From Klebsormidium nitens (taxonomy: Eukaryota > Plantae > Klebsormidiophyceae): 64,000 nucleotides of DNA. A program made the position numbers and the translations under genes. Position 1 is the stretch's first letter. Every line of letters starts with the position of its first letter. A model generated the notes under the pieces. That model searched no databases and was not told the origin of the DNA. It was given only the letters and a program-made list of their open reading frames with translations. Shown here in pieces: positions 47,630-61,317 of this stretch. The stretch is from the NCBI GenBank assembly GCA_000708835.1, contig DF237006.1, forward strand, positions 3,789 through 67,788, read 5' to 3'.

Positions 47630-50600
47630 ATGGACAAGGCACGGGACGCCGACGGCGAATCGGAAGGGCCACAACGGCCAGCGGGGCCCCAGCAGGAGCC
47701 TGCCAAGCCAGGCCCCGGTCACTTTGACCTGAATGAGACAACTGGGTTGAACGATATCGGGGTGGACGGTTCTGTCTCAGTCAACGGTCTGAGGCCTCCT
47801 TTCGGTGGCCCTGTTCCACCCCATGTGCCAACGTACACATCAAACGGCAAGGCAGCTAGCGCCGCTGCCAAGCCTCCTCCCGCGCAAAGCAGACAACCAG
47901 CCGCAGCAGCTCATGATGGCCGCTGGAAGACTGCCAATGGGCATGGCGGGGGACAGGGAAGAGCAGCCGCAGGTCTGGAAGCTGACAGAACGACTGCTGT
48001 TCCAGTGGCAAGGGCAGCTCAACCTCGGCCCGCATTCAGGGTCAGCCCTCCCGATCCAGAAGTGGTGGACATAGACACCGACAGTGAGGATGGAAGCGAG
48101 ACGGAAGAAGATGCTGAAGACTACACCGAATCAGAAACAGGGTCCGAGGGGGAGGAAGAGGGACATGCCGGAGGTAAGTCAGTTTACAACAACCTGATTT
48201 GTGGGGTCCGGCAAAAGTTTTGTGGGCATTGCATGTTCTTAGATGGTGGCACCTTAACTCGAAATGTCAGCACACGAGTTGCACGTCATGTTATGCATCT
48301 CCGACTTGTGTTGACCAGCCATTCTGGGCTGGCGGAGTTCGCAAACTAAAGCAAAACGTTCCAGAGTTGGGTCTCATTGCCTTCCGTAGGAGGGTAAGTG
48401 AGTCAGCCTATACTGGCCTTGCCGGGCTGGTGCGTCAACCGCAATTTCCAAAAAACTAACCTCTAAGAGGACCATGAGGCTCATTGGAATGTGGCGCATT
48501 GCTGCAGGTCCCGGGTCTGCTGCACCATTGGGCGGCCACTGGCCGCAACAGAGGGGCTCACAAGGCATCCCAATGCAAGCGGGGTCTTCTTTTCCGGAGG
48601 CAGCTAATGACCAGCGGCGAGGTTCAAACCGGTTCAAGGCACCCTCGGTCCACGATGACAGCGACGATCCAGACGACTGCGTCATCCTGGGGGAGACCCG
48701 CTCAGCAGCCACCGTACGACCTTCCGCTGCGGCCAATGGGAGTGCCACAGCGGGGGGGGGGGCTGTTCCCGACCTGGGTGGTCCTGGTGCACACGGGGCT
48801 GCTTGGCCTGGCGCCCGGAGAGGGGGGGACCTTGGCAGGCATGACAACTGGCGGACCGCAGCTGGGCCAAGCGGACGAACAGATGCAAACGAGGAAGGGA
48901 GAAACCCTGTGAAGGCAGGGGCGGAGCAGCAGGTGCCAAAAAGCTCGGGCCCAGCGAGGCCGTCCACTTCTGGGCGAGGGGTGGGCACGGGACAAGGGGC
49001 CGCAGGAGAGGACGAGGGTTCAGATACAGAGATCCTGGAGGGCCCACAGATCAGTAAGGAGTGGGAAGCAGCAAAGCAGACAAAGAGGAAGCGCCGCGAA
49101 GAGCGGGTACCAGCGCAGCCAGGGGCACATCGAGAGGAAGGCGGGGCGGGGCTGGCGGATGGCGCGGTTGATGAGGGAGGCGCGAGTGCGTTCAAGCGGG
49201 GGAGGACTGAGGTCCCAGGGGCAGCGCCGGGGCCTTCCAGCCCGGGTGTAAGGAAAGGGGGAGAGAAGTTCAGCTTTTCTCAAGTAGTGCGGGAGAGAGC
49301 GGCGGCAGGGGCTAAAGAGGCGGGGGCGGGGCCACAAGGGAAAGGGGAAGGGGGTCAGAAAAGGAAGGCGGACGAGGAGGGGGACAGGAGACAGAAGCAG
49401 CAGAAAGTGCCCCCAATGGCGGACTTGCGGGCAAGAGTCCAGCCGAGAGCAAGCATAGCCGCTCAGGCAGGGGGCAAGGGGAATGCAAGGGGGCCAACGG
49501 TGATGACGGGGTTGTTCAGCTCGGGGGGCGCCGGACTACGGCCTGTGACTTCCAAGGGGAGCCAGCCACCCAGCCGCGCCAACGGCTGGAAACCGCGGCC
49601 GGTGGGACAGGCGGCAGGCAAGAGTGACCAAGGGGCAGCGCCTGCAGCACAAGATGCAGCCCCTACCGGCCCTCAGCCAATGGCAAAGCAGGAGGGGGTT
49701 GAGGGGATGCCGGCGAGTGCATCAGCCGCGAGGGAGGGGGAACCAGCTGTCTCACGCTCTGAGGAGGGGGCAGACGGGCGTGATCAGGAGGTGCCGCAGA
49801 GTGTGGAGTCGGCCAGGGTGAGGACCGAGGATCGAGCGAGAGAAGATGTGGAACAAACAGATAAGGCTGTCAGCGAGGTGGCGGAGAGACCGGACGCCGA
49901 GGCTCGGGTTTTCGTCAAAAGCGAGAAGGCGGATGAGCGAAGTGATCTTGAGAAGGTTGGTCAACACAAGGAAGAACCCCCTCCACAACAGAGTCAAGCG
50001 GGGCCATCAGAGAGAGGACCCTTTGAAGCGGAGGGGGAGCAGGACGAGGCGAGAACACCAGTGGTGCTGCGAGAGGCGTTGAAGGACAGTGAGGAGTTCC
50101 GATCAGCGGATGCGGCAGAATGGGAGCAGCGGCAGGTGGCCATCGCAAAACAGGTAAGGGGTGCTCAGGCGTCCTATGCTGGGTTGGCTTGTCAAAGTGG
50201 CGCGCCCTTGTTGGATGGGACAGCTTAATTCTTCTGGTTGAGCAAGGCTGCTTCCTTTGGTCCTGCAACTGAATCAAAGCTGCTGTAGATGATGCCAACC
50301 GCACTGTGCAAGGCAGGGTGGAGGTTGCCGCTGCTCAGGGTTTGTTCTCTGAGGTGCTTCGACTGGGCATGCTTGGCTTTGTTGTTTACCTGTGGCGTTT
50401 AGCACCGCAGATGCTGCTCCTGCCGATTCGTCTTTGGCGTAGTTAACTTCTCCTTGATTGCTCTCTGAAGCACGATAACTCTCCGTCTGTTGCGATGCAT
50501 TGCCAGAACGAGGAGGCTGCTGCCCTGAAGCGCGCTCTGAAGCGCAAGCGCGCGGACCAGGAGCGCCAGCTGGAGACGGAGCAGCGCCAGAAGCAGCGGC

Positions 50601-51638
50601 TCGACGAACTCCGCACCCAGCAGGCGCAGGTGGGCCCCAGCACACTGTGCTTGCGCTTGCGGTCTAAATCTTTGCAGTCGGTGATACGGATTGCGGAGTT
50701 ATCTTGTCAGGTGCCGCATGGTGTCTAGGAGCCGGACTAGGGGTTTGACTTCCGACCCAGTACCCTGCTTCACACTCTCGTTAGTCGCTCGGCTTCGATC
50801 CATTGTGAGTCGGAGCCTGGCGTTCAGAAGTGAGTGTTCTTCTCAGTAGCTCGGTAAGTATACAGAGGCTGCAGAGAACATGACATTTCGTCGTCTTTGC
50901 GGTTCGTCATATTCGACAGAGCTTGGCAGCTTCGGTGCTGGTGTACGGCCCGGCCAATTGTGACGCGAAATGTAACGGTGGTGGCCTGCAGGAGGAGAGC
51001 CGGTCAGCGGACCGCGAGAGGTTACGGGGGAGGATCCGGGCGGACCTAGAGCGCAAGAGCCGGGGCGCACACGACATGGCGGCGCTGCTGCGCGCGCTGG
51101 GGATTCCCGTGGAAGGCGGCCTGCGGCCTTCAACGCAACAGGTGGGGCTAAAGCGGGCAAGAATCGGCAGCTTGATTCACCTTCCTGTCGACAGGTATGG
51201 GTTTATTTCAGCGTCGAGCCGAAGGGGTGCACGTACAACCAGAGAGCGTGGTGAAAGGATGCAGAAAGGCGCCCTGTGATGCAGGTGCCATTGAAGCAAG
51301 GCTTGTGCCGTTCGGAACAGTCGGACTCGAGTCGACGAACGGTTCTCTTCTCCTATCCAATTGTAGTACCTTACGAACGATTTTCGTATTGGTGGTGTGC
51401 AACTGCTTGTCCGTTGGTTAACGAGGTACATGTGCCCCTTTAGGTGAACGCGGCCTACAAGAAGGCGCTGTTGCGCTTCCACCCTGACCGGGTGAACAGT
51501 AGCGCCCCTGGCGATGTCCAGAAGCAAGTCGAAGCCGAGGAAACGTTCAAGGTGATCTCGAAGTTGAAAGAGAAGCTAAGCGCGGCTCCAAAACTGCCAG
51601 CATTTTACGGCTTTGCTTCTGGAAGCGGCCACTTCTGA
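47630..51638 (+). CDS. Large disordered protein with a plant-type C-terminal coiled coil and truncated J-like (HPD) domain
   Basis: Exons: ...EEFRSADAAEWEQRQVAIAKQ|...EQRQKQRLDELR|...DMAALLRALGIPVEGG...QQ|VNAAYKKALLRFHPDR...QKQVEAEETFKVISKLKEKL...GHF*. This matches a conserved land-plant DnaJ-domain protein C-terminus as I recall it. The ATG could be 47582 or 47630. Confidence 0.72.
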
Positions 51639-53589
51639 AACAAGGCCAATATGTTCCACGCAACGATGTAAATAATGTTCTGGGAACGGGTCCAAACGGC
51701 TTCGTCAACGAGGTAACCCTTCTTGATCATGCGAGTTTTGTCTTGTGCTTTCTCTGCTTTACGCGCCTTGACGTCCCTTGTCCTACCATAGGTGAGTTGT
51801 TTAATCTGCGGTTTTGCTTCTGGTACTGTCCCTGGCCCGTTTCTTCTAGATATCGACCAGTGTAGAAAATTGTGTCCTCTTGAACCTAGGGACACGAGAC
51901 GTGCAAGCTGGCCGCCGAAGACCGATCAACTTCGAACGTGCAGAAAGAAGCTGCTCGAAGTGTGCGGTCAGTCTTGTTCTTGGCGAGTCTTGGCATGACG
52001 TCGAGAGTTCTCACATTTGCTTCAGCTTTGACCTGGAAACTCAACGCACACACCAATATCGAAGCCGTAGCAATCCACTCGAAAGCTTATCCCGCGTGGC
52101 ATCCATGTCGTCGTTTTTTTCTTTGGGGATAAACAGGAAGTACAATGATTGAAGGCTTCAAGATGTGCATACATAGCTATCATTCATAATTGCTTTGCTC
52201 AACCCATTGGAGTATTCATCAAGACAAGACTTGTTGCCTCCTAGGCAACGAAATTGTTTAGTGTTCAATCCTTTCGAGGAGCTTTCAAGTCCACATTATA
52301 AAATGCAGGATTATGGTTGATGTGGAGAAAGGCAGTAAATCTTCCTACATTGCGATGCGGTAGGGCATGGCATGGATACCTATGGTTTATCTCGAACCTA
52401 TATTAACGTAGTGCTTAACCGGTGCTTAAGTTCAGCATGGCTCATGAACTCACTTATTTAAAATTATACACAGAGTCATTTTGCAGATGACCAATTGTTG
52501 TGTGCCCTAGGGCCATTATTAGCACATATCCGGCGCTAGGTACTAATCTTGCTTTCATTTGATACAGTAAAGCCTGCTATACATACTCAAGGGTTATGTG
52601 AGACCAACATGCATACATGTGAGACAGGTCTGAACAGGGCCGGGCTGGCCCCTTAAAGTGCATGATTAGATAGTGGGCGCCGACTTGAGCAGCTAGCTAT
52701 AAGCTCTTTCTCACGACTTTCCCTCCCTTGTTTTTGTTTTGAACAAAAACAACTTAGGACACATGCTATCGGCGATCAATGGGTGGCCAATAAGAGGACT
52801 ACTTAGACGTGATTGCTAAAAGCGTTCAGATTATGGAGTCAGGACTTGTGTAGAAAAATTGTACGGCACTGTATGCCAGCGATGGTGATCTACATAGTTT
52901 GGTGCCAACGCAGCTATCCTTTGAGGATACGGGAGCATACAGCACCATCCGACTTCCGCAAGCGACCCTGGTCCTAGGCATCGTGTCACAATCTATGCAA
53001 TGGTGCAAGAGCGCCAAGAACTCCGAATATTGGCCCTCCGACTCGAAGTGGTGGGGCTTGTGGTTGGTGGGGCCAACATCTGGGGGCAAATTTTCTCCTG
53101 TCCATCAAAAAGCTTTTCACGGAAACAGTGGGAAGCGGGCAGTGGTGCCTGTTCTTTTTTGGAGTTCCGGACGCCCTTGCGGACATGTTTTGACGTGAGA
53201 ACACGATGCCCCATTGGCAGGGCCGGTTGTAAGCTTTCAAATGATGTTGAAGCCTTGAAGGAGTCGCCAAGCTGCCCTGTTGCTTCTGTTGCCCAAAAGC
53301 TGCAATGGAACCCCATCAGGAATCAAGTTCCACCAACAAAAATAATAATAATGACATACAAAGCAATGCGTTGGCCATGCCAACTCAATGAGTACAACAG
53401 CATCCGAGTAGTAGTTGTGGATACTCCAACTACCTTACGTTTATACCTAGTACTAAGGTTTCCGTCACGTACCTAGGTCCATGCTCTGTGCAACACCCGT
53501 GCAACATCTGAAACTTCCAACTTCACAGGGCCGCACATGCAGTACTGGCAAAACAATTGATCGCCGGTTTTGAAAGCCGTACAGTTTCC

Positions 53590-53617
53590 GTACAGTGACA
53601 ACATGTTGTCACTGTAC
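53590..53617. repeat. Perfect 28-bp palindrome with TA-CAGT...ACTG-TA ends
   Basis: GTACAGTGACAACATGTTGTCACTGTAC is its own reverse complement. Confidence 0.9.
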
Positions 53618-55281
53618 AGGTGGTGACACCTGGCAAACAATCAAGAAGTGCAAAAATATCACGACGTCAATCAAACGTCAGACAGGTATTTATATTGCCA
53701 AGTGGCAGCTTTATAGACCTCTTAACCCTGTCATGTGGTGCATGTGGTCTACGTAAATTTGCGAGTCGCTGACTTGGCATGCGTCTATCTATCTGACACG
53801 CAGTCCGGGCTCGGCAGTCGGTTGACCGTTGCAGGTTTTGTTACCTCGGCGCGGCGGCACGCTCGGCCGCCTGACTCCTGACTCGTATGCACTGTGATGA
53901 TGGCATTCCAAGGCTGGGGCCAATATTCGTAGTCATTGGCACGTACAAGGCTGGCATGTTTGGCGCTTCGAAGTCGGGCAAGAGAGCGAAAGGAGGACTG
54001 CATGACAAAAGGCAATGTGAGAAACTTGAACACTCGTATCAGGTGAATTTGCGTATACTTCAAACGTTTGTCTACATTGTGCTAGCGCCACTTTTCATCC
54101 AACTCTCTTGCATTGGCGCCAACGCACTGGCAAGCAATTAACGAAGAAGGGCGAGCGTGAGGCCACTGAGGTAGGGCTGCACAGCACCGTCGGAGCTGTA
54201 CGAGTAACGACGGTCGTTCGCCTGATCCCCTCCCCAGGGGTACCACTTAATATGGTAAGTGTTACTCCTCCAGGTTCGAAAAGTGTTTGCTGCACACGTA
54301 TGTGAGGTTCGAAGTTCAAGGCCTAGGAACTTATCCGTGCCAAAGAGCTTCCTGGGGCAGGGTGCACCTTTTCAGTGATCCATGCAGTACTCGCGGTTTG
54401 TGAAGCTGATTGCTGCGAATTTGGGAGCAACCAGGAAAGGAGTTGCATAAGTGGCCTTCGCTGATTGTGTTAGTAGTCATCAGATTGTCAGACTGGACAG
54501 CCTCCGCGGGCTTGGATCAAAGTTTGTAATACCAGACTCAAATCTGCAAGTTGCTCAGTACCTTTACTACTCAGATGACTTAACATCAACGCGGCCATGT
54601 CTTGCTCCTAAACGCGATGTCAGCAACTGCCATCACCAAAGAGCAGGTCGGGGCTAAGCATCTCACCTGGTTTTTATCAGTTCATTCTTTCAAGCAGCCA
54701 CACAAAACTATGATTCAAAGGAGAATGTATTTCTGCTTTGGAATCGGCTTTAGCTCAAGGTCTGACTTTACAGTGCAGGCAGATTGACAGTAAGGAAACT
54801 CCCCAGAAGCAGAAGCCCAAGCCCTGATGCCTGCAGTCAGGCAGATTGTTTGGAAGTCTAATACTGATGATGTACAGACGCACTACTGGATCTAAATTGG
54901 AAGTTGTCATGCTTAACAGCAGTCACCGTGATAAAAACTTTCTGTGGAACCTTAAGATCACTCGGGTCTGCAGCACAGACCTCTCAAGTCAGCAGTGCTT
55001 TTAAGTGAGAGTTGGCGGAAGTTGTTCAGAACGCCGTCCTTCCATCTAACTCAGGGTTGTGACGCCGGTCACTATCTTTTTCTACAGGCTGGCTTGGTAA
55101 ACTTGCTTAACAGGGGTGCCAATAACACCTGCTTCTTTACAGCAACATGGTTGTCAACCTAGGAGTACAGTCCAACGACAGCTAGGCAGGCTTGCACTTC
55201 TGAGATGCCCCAGGGCTTTCAGTTTATACTTCCAGCTTCCTTGCTCTGAGTCTTTGAGCAATCAAAGTGCTGTCTTTGCAG

Positions 55282-58200
55282 GCGCCAGAGAATCCTGCTG
55301 CCCACCTGCAAACCAAGGAGGATGCTGATGTCAGCACCGTGCAAGGTATCAGGGAAGCCCCGGCAGGGGGCGCTCAGGGCAAAAAGATGGAGCCCTGGGA
55401 AATGGAGGCGGGTATGGACGGGCCCAGGAAGAAGGGGAACCCCATCCGGGTTATGCCGTAAGGGCCACATCAAACCGAATCCCAAGACCTCGTGATCAAC
55501 TGAAATGACTGGCCGGGCTCGCTTTGTTCTTGAAAGCCTCGTTTTATCTTCAAACTTAATCAATGTTGCTGCTCAAGTTGCGTGATTCTTGGCCTGTCAA
55601 GTCAATCTGTAACTGCAAGGTTCTGATTCAAACTAGGCTGTCATGAATAGCCCAACGGGGTCCGCTCACTCCCGCTCCCTCCGTCCTGAGTGCAGGTTCA
55701 TCCTGGCCAACGAGTTCTGTGAGCGCCTGGCCTACTACGGAATCTCCACCAACCTGGTGAGCGCGCTCTTCCCCAGGGTCGCTTTTCCTGCTGTCTCTCG
55801 ACTTCCATCGGCGTTCGTCACCTCCAAACGAGTGGGGCAGTCCCCAAATCTTTGCTCTTTCTGCCCCAGTTCTTCGGGCTCCTATTCTCCGGTGACCTAT
55901 ATATCAAAGGCGTGGAGGCTGACGTTTCCCGGGTGCTTTGCTCTTGTGGTCCAGGTGAACTACTTGATCGTCGTCCTTCACAAGGGCAACGGGTCCGCCG
56001 CCACCGCCGTCACCAACTGGTCCGGCACCTGCTACGTGAGCACACCCACCGATTCGTTTCCTCGGCCTGGCTCGTTGTGGCGTTTGCCGCCTTTCGAAGA
56101 TCGTCAAGGCTACCTTCTGTGACACCCTCCAACGCAGTGTAGGGTGTCGGCTGAGGTCCAGATGCTAATAGCTGTGCTTTCAGTTTCCTTACAAAACGCA
56201 GAACTCTCGGTCTTGAGACCCCCTGCGCTGTCTTGTACATTAACTGGCTTTTGTTGCCTGCCTCATGTGCAGATTACCCCCCTGATTGGTGCTTTCCTCG
56301 CTGATGCGTACTGGGGGCGTTTCCTGACCATCCTCGTCTTCTCTGTAATCTACTTTGTGGTTAGCCAAACTCTACGATTCCATCTCCTTCCTGCGTTGGC
56401 CTGCACTTACCTGAAAGCTTCTTCCGACAGCTACTTCTAAAAGCATGAGCGTCGAGCTTGATGATCATTACATGCTTAGGGCCCAAAGCGTTTGCAAGCA
56501 CCTCATCTCCCAGTAGCTTCACAACAAAACGTATAAATGCCTTCTGGAGTCTCGTGAAGATCTCTCGCACTTGCAGCTGAGTGATGGTGAATTCGCCTCC
56601 GTCTTAGTTCTCTAGTCTTGACCGTGAACACGAAACTTGATTGATTCAACTGCGCTGGACACTGCTCCACCAACTTGTAAACGAGCTCGGCACTTGTCTC
56701 AACCGCCTCGCCACGTATTCGCAGGGCATGGTGCTGCTGACGGTGGACGCTGCGGTGCCGTCCCTGCACCCCTCCGCGGACAGCAGCGGCGCCACCGCGG
56801 CCCAGACGGGGCTCTTCTTCCTGGCGCTCTATATCATCGCACTCGGCACGGGCGGCATCAAGCCGTAAGTGTCTCCTCATGTGGGCCCCAGGATATATAT
56901 GTTTGGTCTTTGCGAGCGAGCCCTTACTCTGACAAAGGTGATATTCAAGGCTCGCGATGCCAGCACACACGATGTCCAGATGTCCGCTATTGACTCGGAA
57001 AGATAGCTTGCCTTCCTGGAAAACCAAGAAACCCAAGTGACCGTTGTATGCCGCCCGGCTGCAGGTGCGTGTCGTCTTTCGGTGCGGACCAGTTCGACGA
57101 GCGCAACCCGCGGGAGAAGAAGCAAAAGAGCGCGTTCTTCAACTGGTTCTACTTCAGCATCAACGTCGGCGCGCTCATCTCGTCGTCCATCCTGGTCTGG
57201 GTGCAGGAGAGGATCTCCTGGGCCTGGGGCTTCGGCATCCCAGGTGCGCACCTCCCCACGGACCGATCTCGTGTGCCAAATCGACAGCATAGAAAAGATT
57301 TGGGTTGCGGAACATCTGTTGACGCTTGTTCAAGAAACTCATGGAGCGATGAATCGTTAAGCAACTGAATCTCGCAACGGAGCCGTTTGCTCAAGCACGA
57401 AGTTCTTCAAAGTTCCACCCGTTTCTCAAGCTCTAGCTGTTCGATCCACTTATCCAAGCAGGAAAACAATTCGCAGCCTTTGTCCCCACCTCAACCGCCT
57501 GCTATCTCCGCTTTGTCTCGTCGATTCCGTCTGACCCTGGCTCTGATTTTTCTCCAGCCGCTGCGATGGGCGTGGCCATCGTCTCGTTCTTCGTGGCCAC
57601 CCCCTGGTACCGCAAGCTGCCACCTGGCGGCAGCCCGCTCACCCGCGTGGCGCAGGTGCTGACTGCCACGGCGGCCAACTGGCGCCTCAAGACGCCGGCG
57701 GACCCGGACGAGCTGTACGAGGTGGAGGGGCCGGCGTCCGCAATCCGAGGCAGCAGGAAGATCAAACACACAAACGAGCTCACGTCAGGCCTCACTCCCG
57801 CCCCGCTTGATTATGGGCATACGTCGTGTTAAAAAATGGGAAAAGAACACGGTGTCTTGGGTTCTGGATGAATCTTCTTGTCTTTTCCTCGTGTCCAACA
57901 AATCCAGCGGCCTACCCTTCCTGATGGGCAGCGGGAAATTGCCCAAGTCTAGAAGTGTTTCGAGATTGCCTCCACTCTGCGCGCAGCCTCTCAGTACGCT
58001 TCCGTCGCTTCTGAAAGCAATTCTCTCGTTCTAATTTATCTGAGCATCTGTGAACCCTTTAGCTTCCTCGTATAGGCTCTGCTGCGGTCTTACGTTTCGC
58101 TCTTCTTTCCCGCGCTGCTTCACCCCCCGACTGACGCTCGTCCCGCTCCCTGTTCGCAGCTTTCTGGACAAGGCGGCCATCGTTCCCGCGGGCGCGGCCG

Positions 58201-60011
58201 CCCCCGGCGCGCGCAGCCCGTGGAAGGTGTCCGCGGTGGAGGAGGTGAAGCTGGTCGTCCGGCTGCTGCCCATCTGGGGCACCACCATCGCGTTCAGCAC
58301 CGTGTACGCGCAGATGAGCACGCTCTTCGTCGTGCAGGGCGGCACCATGGACACCAGCATGGGGCCGCACTTCAACATCCCCGCAGGTCAGCGCGCGGGC
58401 CGCGGCCGGCTCTAGATTCTGGAGTCTGGTTCGAGCAACTGTTTTCAGGGCCTAATCTGCAGCATACAGGAGTGACGCGCCCTGCGCCTTCTGGTGCCAT
58501 GCTGCTCGAGAGTTACTCTGGCCAGACCCCATCACTGCTTCCACCAATGACCGGCCGGCGTAGTGGCCCTTGAGTTTTTCTTAGTCAATTGCACACTCTT
58601 ATCGAATCTCGAGAGCGACAAGAAGGGCTTGAGTCACCTTTCTTTTGAGTAACAAGAGCTGATTCGCTCACCTCCTGCTCTCTTTGTGTGGTGCAGCCTC
58701 GCTGTCCATCTTCGACACGCTGTCCGTCATCGTGTGCGTGCCTCTCTACGACGCTCTCTTCGTAAGTCCCCGTTCAACTCCTATCCTCCGACCCCATGCA
58801 ATCATCATTCAAGAGCGCTGTCTTCACCAGTTGCGCTATGGTCAGTCCCCTTTCAGGCTTTGCTTGTGTCCGAGGGCACTTCAAACTATCTGCTCAATTG
58901 CTCCGGCCGCATGTCGCAAGCCATAGCAACTTCCTTGGGTAAGTCCGTGCCGCCTTGAAGTTCGGCTGCACTGTTTGAAGTTTTATTGTACCTGCATGCT
59001 CTCGACTTTCCCTGCGCTCAAACCCCCATTCCCGTTTGCAGGTCCCGATCATGCGGCGCTTCACGGGCAACCCGCGCGGCGTGACGATGACGTGGCGGAT
59101 GGGCATTGGGCTGTTCATCAGCTGCCTGTCGATGGCAGCCGCCGCGATCCTGGAGGCGGTGCGGCTGCACGTGGTGCACAGCCGGAACCTGACGGACGTG
59201 GACCCGTCCGTGCAGCCGGTGCCGATCTCCATCTTCTGGCAGATCCCGCAGTACTTCCTCGTGGGAGCCGCCGAGGTCTTCACCTTCATCGGCCAGCTCG
59301 AGGTGACGCCCCCCGCCCAGCCAGGGCCGCCCACTCGGCTCTGCGTTCCAGGAAAAGAAGCTTCCCGTCTCGCAAACGAGTTCCGTGCAAGCAATTCCTC
59401 AGATTCCAGTTCTTCTCTCTCGAGATTCCGTTGCAAACCTACTGCGCTCGCAACCTGTTGCATCGGTTCTCCATTAGCGCCGCGCCCGCAATGGTCTTCT
59501 GATCATAAAGTAAGCCCTTCAGAACAAACCGCCCATCCGATTCTTCCTTTCGCTCTGGCGCCCCCGTGGACCCCCCTCTCCTCGTCTCTTCTCCCCGCAG
59601 TTTTTCTACGACCAGGCCCCCGACGCGATGCGCTCGCTGGCGTCCGCGCTGTCGCTGACCACGATCGCGCTGGGTAACTACCTCTCGTCGCTGCTGGTCA
59701 CCATCATCACGTCCGCCACGCGGCGCGGGGGATCCCCCGGCTGGATCCCGGACAACCTGAACCGGGGCCGCATCGACCTGTTCTTCACCGTGCTGCTCGC
59801 GCTGTCCGCCGTCAACCTGGGGCTGTACGTCCTGGCCGCGCACGCGTACAAGTACAAGCAGGTGCAGGAGATCTACCCCCCTGGAACGGAGGGAGACGAC
59901 CGCGAAGTGGCGGAGTTGGACAAGGATGCCGCGCGGCTGGCGGCAGGGTTCAGGGCGCCCCTCCCCCCGCACACGGCGTTCGGGGAGGCGAGTGGAAACG
60001 AGGGGAAGTAA
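55282..60011 (+). CDS. NPF (NRT1/PTR, POT family) proton-coupled peptide/nitrate transporter, NPF8/PTR-like; first exon not fixed (possibly ~53.9-54.04 kb)
   Basis: [20 protein letters not shown] (ExxER motif), TNWSGTCY|[26 protein letters not shown]|[59 protein letters not shown]|[23 protein letters not shown]. Stop at 60009-60011. Confidence 0.95.
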
Positions 60012-61317
60012 TGAGCGCACGCTTTTTGGCTGCATTTTGTAGCCGGGGTCTGCCTGCAGAAAGGTCGTCAAAGAACGCTGAGTTGCAATTTGGGTTCCAC
60101 TGGTCGAAATCATCGTGATAGGTGACGAGAGTGCAAGCGTAAACCGGTTCCTGATTTGGCACTGCGTAGCAGGTGGTCCTGTTTGGGCCTTGTCATAGGT
60201 TGTACGAGTAAAGGCACGCTGAGTTGTCAAAGCACGCTCAAGTGGCAATATAAGGCACCATAATCAACACGGGCATCGTACGACGGTTGGAAGCGTAGCT
60301 ACAGTAATGCATATATTGCGTTTTATGCGGCGCGCATTCAAGCAATAGTCAAAACAGGTATTAAGTCCGGCAGCTATAGTCGATCGATTCAAGTGCAGTA
60401 CGTGGCCTTGTAAAAGCAAGCAGTAGCGCCACAGGTTTTGCTTGTGTAGGACTTAGCTAGGGAAGAGAAAACACCCGTGTCAAGATATCACGAGTAGAAA
60501 CAACCTATATCAGTCAAACAGCATGCAGTTAGATAGAATAGCACATGCGAAGGGCATATGCAGGAAGTATTCGTGTATCACCTGTGACTATACATAGGTC
60601 TGAATGTATCAGGAAGTTGTTTCTCATATTGTAGCCGATTATTCGTTTTGATATATGCGTATGAGGTGTAATCACCCGAGGAAGGATCGTGACCCTAGCT
60701 GTGGTCATATTAGTAGAGCAACGCTGCGGCCGAAATCAGTGCAAGCCATAGTGGTATGCATACGTGTTCAATCGCGAGTCCTCCGGACTATAATCATGAT
60801 ACAGAACCAGGTATACACTTGTGTTTTTTCTTACCTATATTGGCTGCATGATACTGTCACCAAACCGTCAGCACGGATCGCGATCAGTGAGCCATACACT
60901 GTAGTCTTTTGAGCTTGTTGCAAACACAGTAAATTATAACGTGGGGCCACCGGCCCGGCGAGCTCAGCTTGACAATCAAGTTGTACGTGCGCCTGACTAT
61001 GAGCGCCGCCTGCCATCCAGTACATACCACATGTTGCAATGATCAGCTATTCAGAAAGGCATCCAAACAACGACCACAGAAAGCTCTGCTTTCCGTCACC
61101 ACAGATGGCGTTTGATTCGCTCCGAACTCGCTCGGAAAGTTAATAACTTCACCTAGTATACTGATACTTGCGTGTACACGGCACAAAACATGTGAAGTTT
61201 TCAAGAAGACAACTCGCGGTACTGGAGACTTGTCCTGCCGAGACGACCCGGATCTCAACCCGACAAGATCTGCAACTTTAAGACGCTGCCACTCGACTTC
61301 CGAAGCGGGGGCGAGAA

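Noticed and set aside
52728-52752. 11-bp stem hairpin TTGTTTTTGTT/AACAAAAACAA
   Set aside because: Low-complexity; terminator-like hairpins carry no clear meaning in this eukaryotic context.
53718-53735. TTAA-CCCT piggyBac-like end
   Set aside because: No matching AGGG-TTAA end found in the window.
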